Assembly (NCBI GenBank): GCA_963720265.1
Contig: CAVRET010000001.1
Coordinates: forward strand, 325,916-389,915
Source: an uncultured bacterium
GTDB lineage: Bacteria; Patescibacteriota; Saccharimonadia; UBA4664
Length of the DNA: 64,000 nt
Direction of reading: 5' to 3'
The first letter of the stretch is position 1; every line of letters begins with the position of its first letter. The translations under genes and the position numbers were made by a program. This document shows, piece after piece, positions 17,654 to 31,700 of this stretch. The notes beneath the pieces were generated by a model. The model made no database searches and was not told the origin of the DNA. It saw only the letters and a list, made by a program, of their open reading frames with translations.

Positions 17654-19642
17654 ATGTCGCGACTGCCGACTCCGGGTGGAGATGACGGGTCCTGGGGCAA
17701 TGTACTTAATGACTTTCTGGGCGTTGAGCTCAATACCGACGGCACACTAAAACGGGCGTCTGAGATTGATAGTGCCTATCAGAAGCCGTCTGGTGGTATT
17801 CCAAAAAGTGATCTGGCGGCGGCGGTTCAGACGTCGCTCACAACCGCTGATGCTCAGAATGCGCTCGAACTGCAGAGTGTGCCGGTGGCCAATACGGCGC
17901 CGACGGACGGGCAGATTTTGACGTATAGCCAGGCCGGTACGACGTGGCTGCCAGCCAGTGTATCGGCATCGGCGCCTGATGCCACGACCTCAAGCAAGGG
18001 TATTATTGAGCTGGCCGGCGATTTGGGGGGCACCGCGGGAATGCCTACCGTGCCGAGCCTTACGAGTAAGGCCAATGATTCAGCTGTCGTGCACAATACC
18101 GGCAACGAAACGATCGCCGGTATTAAGACGTTCTCCAGCAGCCCGACCATACCGGCACCGAGCAATCCGACGGATGCTGCCACCAAGCAATACGTGGATT
18201 CGGCGACCGGTTCGGCGACTGCCCTCACGTGGGTGAATGTTAAGTCACTTGGTGCAGTGGGCGATTTCAACAACGACGACACGTCGGCGTTTTCGACGGC
18301 CCTTAGCACCTATGATGTTGTATATGTGCCGGCGGGCCACTACAAGCTGACCTCGGCTCTTACTCTGTCCGATAACACCATTATCGGCGACGGCGCGGAA
18401 GTTACGATAGTAGAGCAGACCAACACCTCGGCCGACGGCCTCGACGGCGTCAACCGGGCGTACGTGCGGATATCGGGCATTGAGTTTAAGGGACCGGCCA
18501 GCGGTACTGGCATTGGTATGAACCTGGACGGCTCGTCGGTCAGCTGGTATGTGTCGCTGGAAGATGTGCGTTTTGATTCCTGGGGTGCGCATGGCATTTA
18601 CGGGTTTAACGTGGTTTCGAGTTTTAAGAATGTGCTGTGCCTCAATAACGGTCTGCACGGGTTTACGTTTGACGGCTTAAGTGCAGGTGCGGCCGGTACG
18701 TCGGTGTCGCTGGTAACATGTTATGCGCGCAATAACGGTAAGGCCGGCTACTACATCTTCAACATGACTTATTGCTCGCTGACCGGTTGCGCGTCGGATC
18801 TGAACGGTATCGGTTACTCGCTTGATACGTGTGCGAGTATCACACTTACCGGCTGTGGTGCGGAGACGCCGCAGAACAACGGCCAGGCCAACTACCCCGG
18901 AATCGGTTATAAGGTGTCGGGCAGTAGCGCGGTGGTGTTGACCGGCTGTTACCTGGCGGCTAACCTAGGTGTCGGCTACTGGATTACGGGCGGCAGCGTG
19001 GACGTAACACTTATTGATCCCCACGAGGTGCTGCCAACAGGTACGGCCACATCATCGATCACGGTTGATTCGGGCTGCCGCGCGCAGATCATCGGTGAGT
19101 CGCTCAGTACAGCCAAGAGCTTGAGCGCCGGTACGACAACCCAGATTGGTGCAACTGATAAATCATCGACCTTTAGCGGCAATGTGACTGTGGACGGCAA
19201 CTTGTCGGTATTGGGGGTGGGCCAAGGCCAGTTTGCGAGTAAGGCGGCCGACCAATCAAACAGCACGACATCGATGACCGGCGACACCGATCTAACGGTG
19301 CCGCTGGCGGCTGGTTGCACGTACACCGTTGAATTGCGCGGGATTTTCACGGCTGCATCCGGCGGTGATATTAAGCTGTCGTGGGAGGCGTTGCCGGCGG
19401 GTTCGACGTTCACGTGGTCGGGAGCATCGAGCGTAAGTGGGACCGGATCGGTGTTTAGCGGTACTGCGACCGACATTTGGACCGGCTCAGGTTCGACGGA
19501 GAAAGCGTTTTGGTATAGCGGATTATTGGTGAACCCAACGAATGCCGGGACGCTGCAATTTGAATTTGCTCAAAACACTTCAAACGCGACGGCGACGGTC
19601 ATGAAAGCCGGCTCGTGGATGAGCGTCGTACGCGTGGCTTAG
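17654..19642 (+). CDS. Phage tail-fibre / tailspike-like protein with a pectate-lyase-superfamily beta-helix domain.
   Basis: N-terminus MSRLPTPGGDDGSWGNVLNDFL plus ATKQYVD collar-like motif. LGAVGDFNNDDTSAFSTAL....VYVPAGHYKL matches the Pectate_lyase_3 / GH55-type signature. Repeated GC-x-L/G beta-helix rungs (LTGCASDLNGIGYSLDTCASITLTGCGAE). Confidence 0.7.
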   Translation: MSRLPTPGGDDGSWGNVLNDFLGVELNTDGTLKRASEIDSAYQKPSGGIPKSDLAAAVQTSLTTADAQNALELQSVPVANTAPTDGQILTYSQAGTTWLPASVSASAPDATTSSKGIIELAGDLGGTAGMPTVPSLTSKANDSAVVHNTGNETIAGIKTFSSSPTIPAPSNPTDAATKQYVDSATGSATALTWVNVKSLGAVGDFNNDDTSAFSTALSTYDVVYVPAGHYKLTSALTLSDNTIIGDGAEVTIVEQTNTSADGLDGVNRAYVRISGIEFKGPASGTGIGMNLDGSSVSWYVSLEDVRFDSWGAHGIYGFNVVSSFKNVLCLNNGLHGFTFDGLSAGAAGTSVSLVTCYARNNGKAGYYIFNMTYCSLTGCASDLNGIGYSLDTCASITLTGCGAETPQNNGQANYPGIGYKVSGSSAVVLTGCYLAANLGVGYWITGGSVDVTLIDPHEVLPTGTATSSITVDSGCRAQIIGESLSTAKSLSAGTTTQIGATDKSSTFSGNVTVDGNLSVLGVGQGQFASKAADQSNSTTSMTGDTDLTVPLAAGCTYTVELRGIFTAASGGDIKLSWEALPAGSTFTWSGASSVSGTGSVFSGTATDIWTGSGSTEKAFWYSGLLVNPTNAGTLQFEFAQNTSNATATVMKAGSWMSVVRVA

Positions 19643-19723
19643 TGCGGCCAGATTAATAGCGGTTGTGCTCCAAGTATAAATACGATAGAATTTTAAGCGT
19701 TAGCTCTATAGTGTAGCGGGGTT

Positions 19724-22700
19724 GTGATTTATCGATCTGGGATCAGACGCATAAATAAATCAGTTTTACCTCGTATGCGCCTGACTCTGATTGGAGTGGG
19801 GCTGCTTTTGGGTAGTTTGGCAATGCTTGTGCCAAGTACGTCTAAGGCTTCGAGCAGCAGCGTCAATGGAACCATTAATTTCCAGGGGCGGCTGCTGACG
19901 GCGGCCGGGGCGGTAGTGCCAGATGGCAGCTACAACATTGAGTTCAAGCTCTACAAGAACGGTAATGGGCAGTCGGCCGGCGATAGTGGGGGGAGTCCAG
20001 CTGGCAGCCTCTTGTGGACTGAAGACTGGGTCTACGGTACTGGTTCGCCGGACAACCGGGTGGTGGTGAAGAACGGGTACTTCTCGGTCCAGCTTGGAAG
20101 TATTACTGCGCTGCCGAGCAACCTGTCGCTCGATGAAAGCAACTTGTGGCTCAGTATGAACATTGAGAACCCAACCGGCGCGACGTTGCAGTGTACTGGT
20201 TTTTCAAGCAACTCCCCAACCGGCTGTTCCGGCGGCGATGGTGAAATGACGCCGATGAAGCAACTGGGTGCGGCGCCGTATGCGATTAACGCGGCCAACG
20301 CCAACCAAGTTAACAGCTACGGTTTGAGCAACAACTTTTTGGATCTGGCGGCACCCTCAGGCATTAGCGCTGCTAACGGCAGCGCCGGTTCAGTGCCGGG
20401 TACAGTGTGTTACACGGTGACGGCGACCAACGCCAACGGCGAAACCGTTGCCACTAATAATTCCGGTACCGTGACTCCGGGCGGCACGCATGTAGTGAAC
20501 GTAACCTGGTCGCAAGTGACCGGTGCTACAGGATACAAGATTTACCGTAATACGAGCTGTTCGTTTACCAGTGGCTCGCTGTTTTTGACTACTATTACGA
20601 GTGGTTCCATTACGACCTACCAGGATACGGCAACTTCGACCAGCGCCGGCTTACCGCCAACCACGGTGACCGGCGGTACGGTTGATATCCAGGCCTGGAG
20701 CTCACAGACGTCCAACCTGTTGCAGCTGCAAAACTCGTCCGGTACTAATGTGTTGAGCGTGGACCCATCTGGAGACACAACTGTGGCAGGTGTTATTACG
20801 GTGGCCGGCGGCGCGGCGCAAGACATTACAACAGCCGGCGCTGCGACTGCTACAGCTATTACTATCCAACCCGGTACCTCGAGTACCGCCAGCACCGGTG
20901 CGACTCTCAACTTGCAAGGCGGTAATGATTCTGGAACTTCGGGCGTAACGGCCGGCACGGTGGCGATTCAGGGCGGCAATGCAACTGGAGCCAGCGGCAC
21001 TCGAAATGGCGGCAACGTCACTATTGACGCCGGTACGGGCGCTAACGCAAACGGTAGTATCACTATCGGTGGCACAGCATCCGGCACCAATACAACTGGA
21101 GTTACGGTGAATGTGGCCACTGATGCCACCGCTTCGGGCAAGACCGACACGATTAATATTGGAACGGGCAACGGAGCCGGTGGTTCGGGTACCGCCAAGG
21201 CAGTCAATATCGCGAGTGGTACACCCGGAGGGACCGAGATAAATACCGTATTAATCGGGTCGCTTGCAAATGCCAGTACTACTACCCTTCAAGGCGGCAC
21301 CTCTGGCACGGGCATCGCGCTCACCACCGGCAGTGGCGGCACAATAGCGCTAACTGCGGCTGGGGCCGGCAATGTGACGGTGACAGCAACCAACGCGTCG
21401 CTCAACTCAAGCGGCGTGCTGAATGTGGTGGGCGGTTCAGCCGGTTTTAATATCGGTGGATCGACTACGACCGGGAATTATCTGCGTAATAATGGTACGA
21501 ATTTTGTGTCGAGCGCCATCCAATACGGCGACATCCCGACCTGTGGCGGCACCTGCAACTACATTGGCAACCAGATTACGACGCAATCCAACGCTAACTT
21601 TAATATCAAAAGCGCGGCCTCAAGCTCCGTCGGCGGTGCCATTCAGGGCGCCACTAGCCAGACGGCAGATCTGTTTGATCTGCGAGATTCGACTGGCGCT
21701 AATCTTTTGAGCGTTAGTGCGGCCGGGAACCAAGAACTTGGTGGCTACGAAGACGTGTCCGGCATGGGTGGGTTTGGCTCGTTTGGGAATTTGCTGCTGC
21801 AATCTGAGGCCCTGGATCAGACGGGCGACTGGACGGCTTCCAACATTACGGTGACAGCGAATAACACGGTTGCACCGGACGGCACAACCACGGCCGAGAA
21901 ACTGGCCGCTACCGTCTCGGGTACACACAGCATGACGCAGATTTGTACTACGGGATGCACAACCAACTCGGTTACGTACACTTACAGCATCTGGGTCAGG
22001 GCCGACGCTGCCAATAATCCGACTAACGTTCAATTACGTATTGACTGGAACAATGGTTCAGGCCAAACGGGTACTGCGGCTACGTTCTCCGCTACCACCA
22101 CGTGGCAGCGCTTTAGCGTAACACAAGCGGTAAGCGCTTCGGGCATGGTTTCGGTAACGCCGACCTTGCTAGTAAGCACAAATAGCGTGACTGTTTATGC
22201 GTGGGGCGCACAGTTGAATTTGGGCTCGACTCCCGGCGTGTACGAGCAGACCGTTCTCAGCCAGATCATCGCCGGGGAAGGAGAGGCCCTTAACGGTTAT
22301 CTCACGATTGTGTCGCCGAGCAACGGCGGTATCACGAGGATTGATGGCTACGGCAACATGAGTTTAGCCGGGCAGCTTACTACCGGTGATATGGCTACGT
22401 TGAATACGTATACTACCAGTGACAGCGCACTTCAGGCAGTGCAAGTAGGTTCCGGCTTTACCGTGCCAACGGCCATTATCGACGGCGGCACGTCGCCGGG
22501 GGCAGGGGCGGACTTGCTCCAGCTACAAAGTAATGGAACGCCGGTGGCGCGGTTTAATAACGCGGGCAATTTATTTGTGGCTAGTGCTATTAACACGCAA
22601 ACAGGTGGTGGGACGTTATCGGTTCAGACAACTGGCAACGGTGCGATAACGACCGGCTCCGGACTTCTTACCGACGGGGGCAACCTGACGGTCCAGGGTA

Positions 22701-25700
22701 CGACTACCACATTGGGAGCGACGGGTTCCGCTAATACTTTGGGATTCGCCAACACCACGGCGGCCACGGGTGCAACCATTGATTTTGCCAGCACCTCGGT
22801 CGGCATTGGTAATAGTTTGACCGTCCAGGGACAAACGGGGGCAGCAACAGATGCCGGTGGCGCCGTCAATGTCTACGGCGGTACGGGTGGTACGACTGGT
22901 GGTGGCGGACTCGTGACCATCCAGGGAGGCGCCGCCTCGGCCACGTCGGGTTCGGCCGGCGGCGGCGTTGACATTTATGGCGCCAATGGCACGGGCACAA
23001 GTACTGGCGGCGCCGGTGGCTCGGTTGCGATTCAGGCTGGCAACGGTACGTCAAGCGGCAACAACAGCGGTGGTAATGTCACGCTGCAGGCCGGTAGCGC
23101 CAGCGGGAGCGGAGCGACAGGCAGCGTGGTGGTAAAGAATGCGGCTAACTCGAGCACGGCACTCCAGCTGCAGGACACCGCTGGGGTGGACGTATTGGAC
23201 GGTTCAACCAGCACGACTAATCTAGTATCACAACCGGATATAACCGGCAGCACAGCTTCGAGCTGGGCGGTCAAGAATGGATCCTCAGCACCTGTTGGCG
23301 ATACGTCAAACCCATATGAGACGACCTCATCGATTAAGACGGTTGCTAGTGGTTCTACCGCCTATTCCGGTATGCAGACCTCCACATTTACTTCCGCACT
23401 GGTTCCAAATGACTACTATCAGCTTACTTTTTGGGCCAAGTGTTCGGGTACTATTGGAACGTTTACCTTCGGACGTCAGGACGTGTCGGGCACTGACATT
23501 AACTACACGACGACCACCTGCAACACCACTTGGCAACAGTACTGGGCAACGTGGCAGGCCGGCGGCACGCTGACTTCGCCCAACATTTACATCGACGCCG
23601 GTACTCCGGCCAATGCTACCACGATTTGGGTCGACGGCGTCACGCTCAATCAGGTAGGGGGGCTGGCTACCGGCCCATCCAACTACCAGCCCGGAACGGT
23701 TTATATACCTGGCGTGATCGGCTCGCCGGTGACGTTTGAAAATTCTGCCAACTCAGCCGGCGCGTTCCAGGTACAAAATTCGGCCGGTGCAAACATTTTA
23801 AACGTTAATACCAGCACATCGACCGTCACTGTTGGATCTAGCGGCAACGACAATGTGAGTCTGGCAGTTGATAACACTGACGGGACGGCGGCGATTGAAG
23901 TACGCAGCGGCGGTAGCGCCAGCTACGATACGTTTGTTGGCGTAAATTCCGGTGCCAACAACGCGCTTAACGTCGGTTCGACGCAGGGCTACCAAAATAC
24001 AGGGTTTGGTAATGGAGCGCTTCAGTCTAATTCGACTGGTTCATATAATACTGGCCTGGGGGTTTACGCGCTTAACGCCAACCACAGCGGCTCGGACAAT
24101 ACGGCGGTTGGTAATGGTGCGTTGAACGTAATGAATGGCGGCTCCGATGACGATGCTTTGGGCTTCCAATCGCAATATGATAACTCGAGTGGTAGTTACA
24201 ACGTGTCCATCGGCAGCTACTCGCAGTACTACATCGGTGGCAGCGACAATACTTCATTGGGTTACCATAGCCTTACGAATTCATCTGATACGACCGGCGC
24301 TGATAATACGGCTCTTGGGTACAATGCGGCTAGTACTGACTCGGCTAGCGGATTTGTCAGCGATCTTAATTTGCAGAATGCGACTGCTATCGGATACGAC
24401 TCCGAGGTGCAAGCGAACAACAGTTTTATTCTGGGTGGCCAGGGTTCAAACGCTGTGAACGTGGGCATTGGCACCACGATTCCGCTCAACACTCTGAGTG
24501 TAAGCCCGGCTAATTACAGCACTGGAACGGCCGAAATTGCGAGCACGGGCACTACGGTTACAGGCAGCGGTACCACCTGGACAAACGCCATGGTGGGCAT
24601 GCAATTTATCTTTATGAATGGTGAGACGGGTACGATTACGGCCGTGGCGAGTACAACGAGTCTAACGATTAGCGCATCCCAGGCGGCCACCGGTGGGTTC
24701 ATAAATTACCGCATCCAAACCCCGGGATTTAATGTTACGAGCAATGGCGCTGCGTTCATACAGGCTACTAATTCTTCGGCCTTTGCAGTTCAGAACGCGC
24801 AAGGCGAGAGTGATCTTGTGGCAAATACCACAGACTCAACCAATTTCATTCTCGATTCCGATATGGTGCTAAATAGCGGCACCAGCCTAGTCGATTGGTC
24901 GGCGGTGAGCTCCGCTACAGTGACGCAAAATACAACGCCAACCGATAGTTACCTTGGCAATACCTCAATGAACCTTACTACGACTAACGCGTCTTCGGGC
25001 CAAGGCGCTACCACTACGGCGTTTACGCCCAGTCTGCCAACTGGCAGCGGTACGGTTTATACGGTGTCGTTTGAAGCCATGATGAGCACCGGTACGTATG
25101 CAGCTAGCAACCTAAAGATGATCGCGACCGGCGGCGGTACGCCTTCGTGCACTGGTTCCGCCAGCGAGACGATTAATGCCAACGGTTTCCAGCAAGTTTC
25201 CTGCACCTGGGCGGCTGATTCCGGCACTATTTCAGGCCTTTCCATTCTTGACCAAACCGCCAACGCTATGACCATGTACATCGACGACGTGCAGCTGCAG
25301 ACGGGAACGGCGGCTACAGCTTTTAACCTTGGCACCTTGCAGCTCAAGGGTGTTATAACGAGCCCGGTGGCGGTGCAGAATGTCGTTAACTCCACCACGG
25401 CGCTCCAGGTCCAAAATGCCTCCGGCTTCAATGTGCTCACGGTTGATACTCTCGACAACTCGGGCCAGGGTCAGGTTATTCTGGGGGCTGCCAGTCACAA
25501 TAACGGTGCGCTTGTGTTCGATAACAGTACGAACTCAAACACGGTGTCGCTTGTGAGCGGCGCAACAAGCGGCAGTGGCTACAGTCTGACGTTGCCGACC
25601 TCCGGGCCAACGTATAACCAGTGTCTACAAACCGGCAATTCAAGTACTACGCAGCTACAGTTCGGTCCCTGTGCGACTGCCAACGCCAATTTGACCAAGG

Positions 25701-28700
25701 TAGCTGAATCGGATGAGCACTCCGGAAATGCATTGACCTTTACTCCGTCCAAGATCGGGGACGAGATTGTGCTGTTCTATAGCTCGACAACGGCCAGCGT
25801 TACTGTGTCCGCCATGAATACCACGTCGGGGACGGGCGTTACTACGTGGACAAAAGTCACCAGTGCAACTGGCACCAAAGGTGACGTTGACATGTGGATG
25901 GGCCAGGTGACCGGAACCGGTTCAACGACGGTCACGGCGACTGTAACCGGATCACCATCCACGTTTGAACTGACGCAGATCGAGTATACGACCTCCGGTG
26001 TCAGCTCAGGTACGGTGTGGCAGATGACAAATTCCAACACCAACTACATTACGGTCGCGACCACGACGGTGACCTGGCCAAGCTTTGTGGCCCCAGCCAG
26101 CCAGGAGGCCTACGTTGGGTACGATTCAAACGTTGGTGGGACACCTAGCACATCTGGAACGGGTCCGTTTACGTACACCCTTACCGGCGCCAACAACATG
26201 TGGGTGTATGATTCGTCGACCGTATACGGGTCAACGTATGCGCCGACGACAACTGTGGCCTCATCGTTCCCGGAGACCATAGGCGGACTACTTATCGCGT
26301 ACAATCCTTCGTCCATCTCCAATTCCACTGCTACACAGGTAGCTAATTTCAATGTCCAGGCGGCGACGAGTGGATCGGTGGCGGGCTTGCTGCAGGCGAA
26401 TGCAGCCGGTAGTGGTGACATACTGGATCTGGAAAATGGCAGCGGCAACCTGGTCGATAACGTCACGAGCAATGGTGTGCTCCAGGTGCAAAGCGCCAGC
26501 GGCGTGAATGTGCTAACGGCTGATAATACGATTGACGCCGTGACGCTTGGGGGCGCTGCCGCGCCGAGCTATGTGAATGAGTGGGAGGCCAACTCCACCA
26601 GTGGCTACCCGACGATTTCGGCATTCTCCCCTACCACCATTGGTGACGTTATGGTTGTAGCAATTAAGACCGTGCCGGGGAACAAGGTTACGTCGGTGAC
26701 GGATACAGATGTGAGCGCCTGGCACTACGTGACGTATAACAACGGAAACGTGCATGAAGAGTTGTGGTACGGCACGATTACCTCAACGGCGTCAACTACC
26801 ATGACGTTTAACAGCATCTCCGGAACGCCTTGTACGGCCGGCGTGAGCTGCGAAATTGTGGCCGAGGAATTCACGGCCGGTTTGGGCGCTAATACTAACT
26901 GGTTTGCCACCACGAGCAATACGACAACAACCGGTTCGCCCTCCTCGACCATTTCTTTCCCGTCTCTTAAGGCCACCGTTACCAACGGCTTGTACTGGGG
27001 CTTCGCATATTCGGGCGGTACGGCTGGCAGCTGTATAACCGGCGGCTTTACTTGTCTCACTACCCCCAAGGGTAACGACGTGATTTATGACCCGACAATG
27101 GTGAATGGCACTACGTATTCTCCAACCGCCAACAATACTAGCAACGTTTACGACACGCTTGGCATGATTTTGGTGGCCTCTACCTCGAACCTTAACGTGG
27201 TTGGCACGACCCAGTTGAACGGTGCCGTGACATCACCGGTGGTATTCGCCAATTCTGTTAATTCCGCGACTGCATTCCAGATCCAAAATGCTTCTGGTGC
27301 GGATGCGTTCTTGGTCGACAATACCAACAGCGGCCTGGTCCAGAGCGATGACACCCTGCAGATTGGCCCGGGATCTCCTGGTACTACGACGCCGAAATTC
27401 CTCTACCTGTCGGATGTGACCTCAAATGGAGCCGGTAACCCACTCATTATTGGCCAGTGGAATAGTCCCGGTAACTGGGGCATTGGGCCAAATAGCAACG
27501 CTAATGACAATACTCTTAGGCTTGGTGTGACGACCGCCAATGGTGTGAACACTTGGAGTACAACGCAGAACGTCAGCCTGCTCGTGGCCGGTACGCTGGC
27601 GGTTCAGCCCACGTCTGGCAATGATTCGACTTCTGCCTTCCAGGTGGCGAGCTCAGCTGGTACTAACCTTGTTAACGTTGACACTGCAAATGGCAACGTT
27701 AATCTGGGCATTAGCAGCTCAACGCCGGCGCTTGGCGATACTGCCGGATCCGGGACTGCTGATACGGTATATGCGAACACGATACACGCGGGCAGGTTCC
27801 AGGCTAGCTATACCGGTCCAATCACTTCTATTTCGGCATACGTCGGTCAAGGCGGTCTTGATGGCACCAACAAGTTGTACCAGGTTGCACTTTATACGGA
27901 TACCACCTGTTTCGGTCATCAATGCCCGGGGACCTACATTGCCTCAAGTGCGCAGGGCACCTTATCGGGTTCAGCCACGTGGGATACGGCAGCTGTCTCG
28001 GCCACGGTTACGGCCGGCACATATTATTGGCTGGCATATACGTCAAATTCAACGATTACCAATGACAACACATTGTCATATAACACGGCTGCAGCCGGCT
28101 CTCTAGATGAAGAAACGGGTTTCACATTTGGGAGCGGCCCCTCGAATGGTTTTCCAACAACATTCGTATATCAGCCGCCTCAAGCGGGGTACTCGTACAG
28201 TATTTATGCAACGTACGGTTCCGGTTATGCGACTACGATAAATAGCAGCGGAACCTTGACTCAAAACGCCGCCGCGGTGTTTAAGGATGAGACGAGCTCG
28301 GCCACCGCACTCCAGGTGCAAAACACCGATGGTGAATCGGTATTCCAGACCGGGACCACTCAAGCGGTTGATGGTATTACAAATTACGTCGCCGATTCTG
28401 AATTCGCGCTTGGCAGTGGTGCTTGTCCGCTCACCGACTGGTCTGTCGTGGGCTCACCAACTACTTGTGCCCAAAATACGACTGCGGCGAATAGCTATGA
28501 GGCCGACACGTCCTTGCAGCTCGTAACCACGGCGTCGGCTGGGCAAGGCGCATCTACCAGCACCTTTACCGCCACCCCAACCACTACTTCTAGTGGCCAG
28601 GGTTCAATCTGGACAGTGTCATTTTATGCTGAGCAGACGAGTGGTACTACTCCGATTACAGGTGCCAACCTGACCGCGGCGACGACGGGTGTCGTGAGCT

Positions 28701-31700
28701 CAAATACGTGTACGATTAATGGTTCCACTTCTACCCCCTTGTCTGCCACGGGATTCGCGCAAGTCGTGTGTACTCTGACGTATAGCTCAGGTGGTAACAT
28801 TACGGGGCTGACAATCGAGACCTCCGGAACTGTCACAGCGGACACGATTTATTTGAGCAATGTGCAATATCAGGTTGGTACGGCAACTACCGGCTTCGTG
28901 ACGGCGCCTCAGATTGGCCAGCTGTCATTGCGAGGCGTGATCAACACACCAATCGAGATGCAAAACAATGCTAATTCGTCGACCGCCTTCCAAATTCAAA
29001 ATGCCGGCGGTAATGCACTTGTAGACGTCAACTCCAATAACGTCAACATTAATACGACGTCGGTAAACGGCACGGGTCTTAGCACGGTCAACTCGGCGAA
29101 GGAGTGGTCTGTGCTGGAATCAACCACTGTTGTCGCCAACCCGGCCACTAATTCCTACACCTGGACGAACGGGGTGTCGCCGCATACTGTCGGCAACGTC
29201 ATGGTTATGGGCATCGGTATAGCTTCAACAACCTTTAGCGTCAGCAGTATCACGGGCGGCGGGGTCACGAACTGGCATAAGATTACGGCTAACGCGCCAG
29301 GTACTACCGACCATACCGAGCTGTGGTATGGCACCGTTACGTCAGCTGGAACCACCAATGTTGTCATAAACTTCTCTGGTACCGTGAACGTTCCCACTGA
29401 ACTAATTAACCAAGAGTTTACTGCTGGCTTGGGTGCAGGTACCAATTGGTCGGTTACAACATCGGGTCAGCAAAGTAATGGGTCTTCGACCAGCATGACA
29501 TTTCCCAGTCTCACCTCGGGCGCCAATGGCGGAATATATGTTGGCTATGGGAATGAGGCAGCCAACAATGCGACTGTCGGCACTAGCCCTGGATTTACCT
29601 TTGAACCTACGCCCACTAATTTGGACATGTATTTGTACAATCCCAGTCTGGCGGCGAACACCGTTTACCAGCCGATCGCTGGTATTACGGGTGCCGCAGT
29701 ATCGAATGTTACGGGGGCTATCCTGACCGCTTCGGCCGATAACACTTTTAGTACTAACGGCTCTACAGTTGTGGGTGGTGCGGCTTCACAAACAGCCTTC
29801 CAGGTACAAAATGCTTCAGGTGGATCGGTGTTTAACGTCGATAGCTCGAACAACATCATTAGCCTGGAATCGGGCTACTCCGGCACGATCGGGAGTTGGC
29901 AGCCCGACACCAACTCGCTTCCGGCTATAATGGGCACCGGCGCGGCCGTGGCGGCCAATGGGTACGTGTACGAGGAAAGCGGCAGTAATAACGGTACTGT
30001 TAATGGTGATCTCTACTCCGCTAAGTTGAACCCTGACGGCACTGTTGGCACATGGTCTGCGGCTCTTACCGTCCCGAGTACGCCAGTAAAATTTGAGGCG
30101 ACGGTGGCGACCAACGGCTATATCTATGAATTGGGCGGCACGAATAACGGTGGCACTGATCAAAGCACTGTACAATACGCCCAAATTCTACCAAATGGCA
30201 CGTTGGGGGCCTGGAGTACCACCACAGTTCTACCGGCATTAACCTCGCGAGCGGCGGCCGTGGCGGCCAATGGTTACATTTATGTGATTGGCGGTGATAC
30301 CGCCGGCGGCACTACCGGCAGTACCATCGTCTACTACGGCAAGGTTAACGCTGATGGCACGATATCCAATTGGACCACTGGCGGGGCCCTTACTGCGGCT
30401 AGCCGTGATATTCAAGCCGTTTACGCGAATGGCTACATCATCGCGGCCGGCGGTGGCGACGGCACGAACGCGCAGACCACGGTGCAAACCTCTGCCGTAC
30501 CGGCGGCCGGCGGTGCCAACGGCGCCTTCTCAACCACCGGAGACACGGCGCTGACGGGCGGTCGGGCTCAGGCCACCATGGGCGTGGCAAATGGTTACGT
30601 GTACGTAGTGGGCGGCCGCAATACCGACAGTACCAACGCGCCGCAAACTAGTACCTATTACGGCCAGCTCAACTCGGCCGGCCAAATTGGCAGCTGGAGC
30701 AGCGTAAGCACGGCCGATGCCCTTCCTATACCCGTGTTCGGTCATTCAATGGTGACCGTGAACGGCTACATGATCATTATGGGTGGCTTCAACTCGAGCG
30801 GCACATTGGTAAGCGGCGTGTACACTGCTACTACTGCCAGGATAGCGGTCGACGCCTCGCTCGATCTCGTGGGTTCGAGTTCGGGGACTTTGGCTGACGG
30901 CGGCGATCAAAGCACCGGCAGTTCGGGGGGGTCGCTGACGGCGGGTAATACCAACATCGTTGGCAGCCTGCAGGTGGCTGACCAGGCTGACTTTAATTCG
31001 AACATTTCTGTTGACGGCAACCTTGTTCAAGACGGCGACAGTTACGAAAACAGTTCCCAAACGACCGGTACTGCCTTTACGCTAACAGATAGCAGCCTTA
31101 CGACCGGTACGCTTGCCACCTTCACGACCGGCACGAGTACGACTAACCTGACATCGGGCAACCTCGTTAACGTTGCTACGGTGTCGGCGGTGCAAAGTGC
31201 CGGCAGTCTGGTAAACGTGAGCAATACCGCTAACCTTGTGACGAGCGCAGGCAGTGACGCTGCCAACCTGGTGAATGTCAGCCGTTCCCTTACGGCCACA
31301 ATTTCCGGAGGCACTTCGAACGTGCCGACGGTTGACCCAGCCGGTACGGGTACCGGGCCGGAGAGCTTGAACAATACTACGGGAACGAACAGTTGGAGCA
31401 ACAACTTCACGGTTGCGTCACATAGCAATGAGATACTGTTGGTTCAGGTCGGCTATATTGCTACTAGCTGTGCGAACTATCACCTTACGTCGGTGACGTA
31501 CAACGGCACGGCTATGACTTTGTTGAGCTACAATCAAATGACTAACGACTGCGTTGGCTTCTACTACTTGCTGGCTCCAACAACTGGTAGTGCTAAAGCG
31601 CTCATCGTGAACTCTACGGCCAGCGATAACTTCACGGAAAACATCTCAGCTTGGTACAACGTTAACCAAACCACTCCGTTTACAACGGTAGGCGGAGGTG

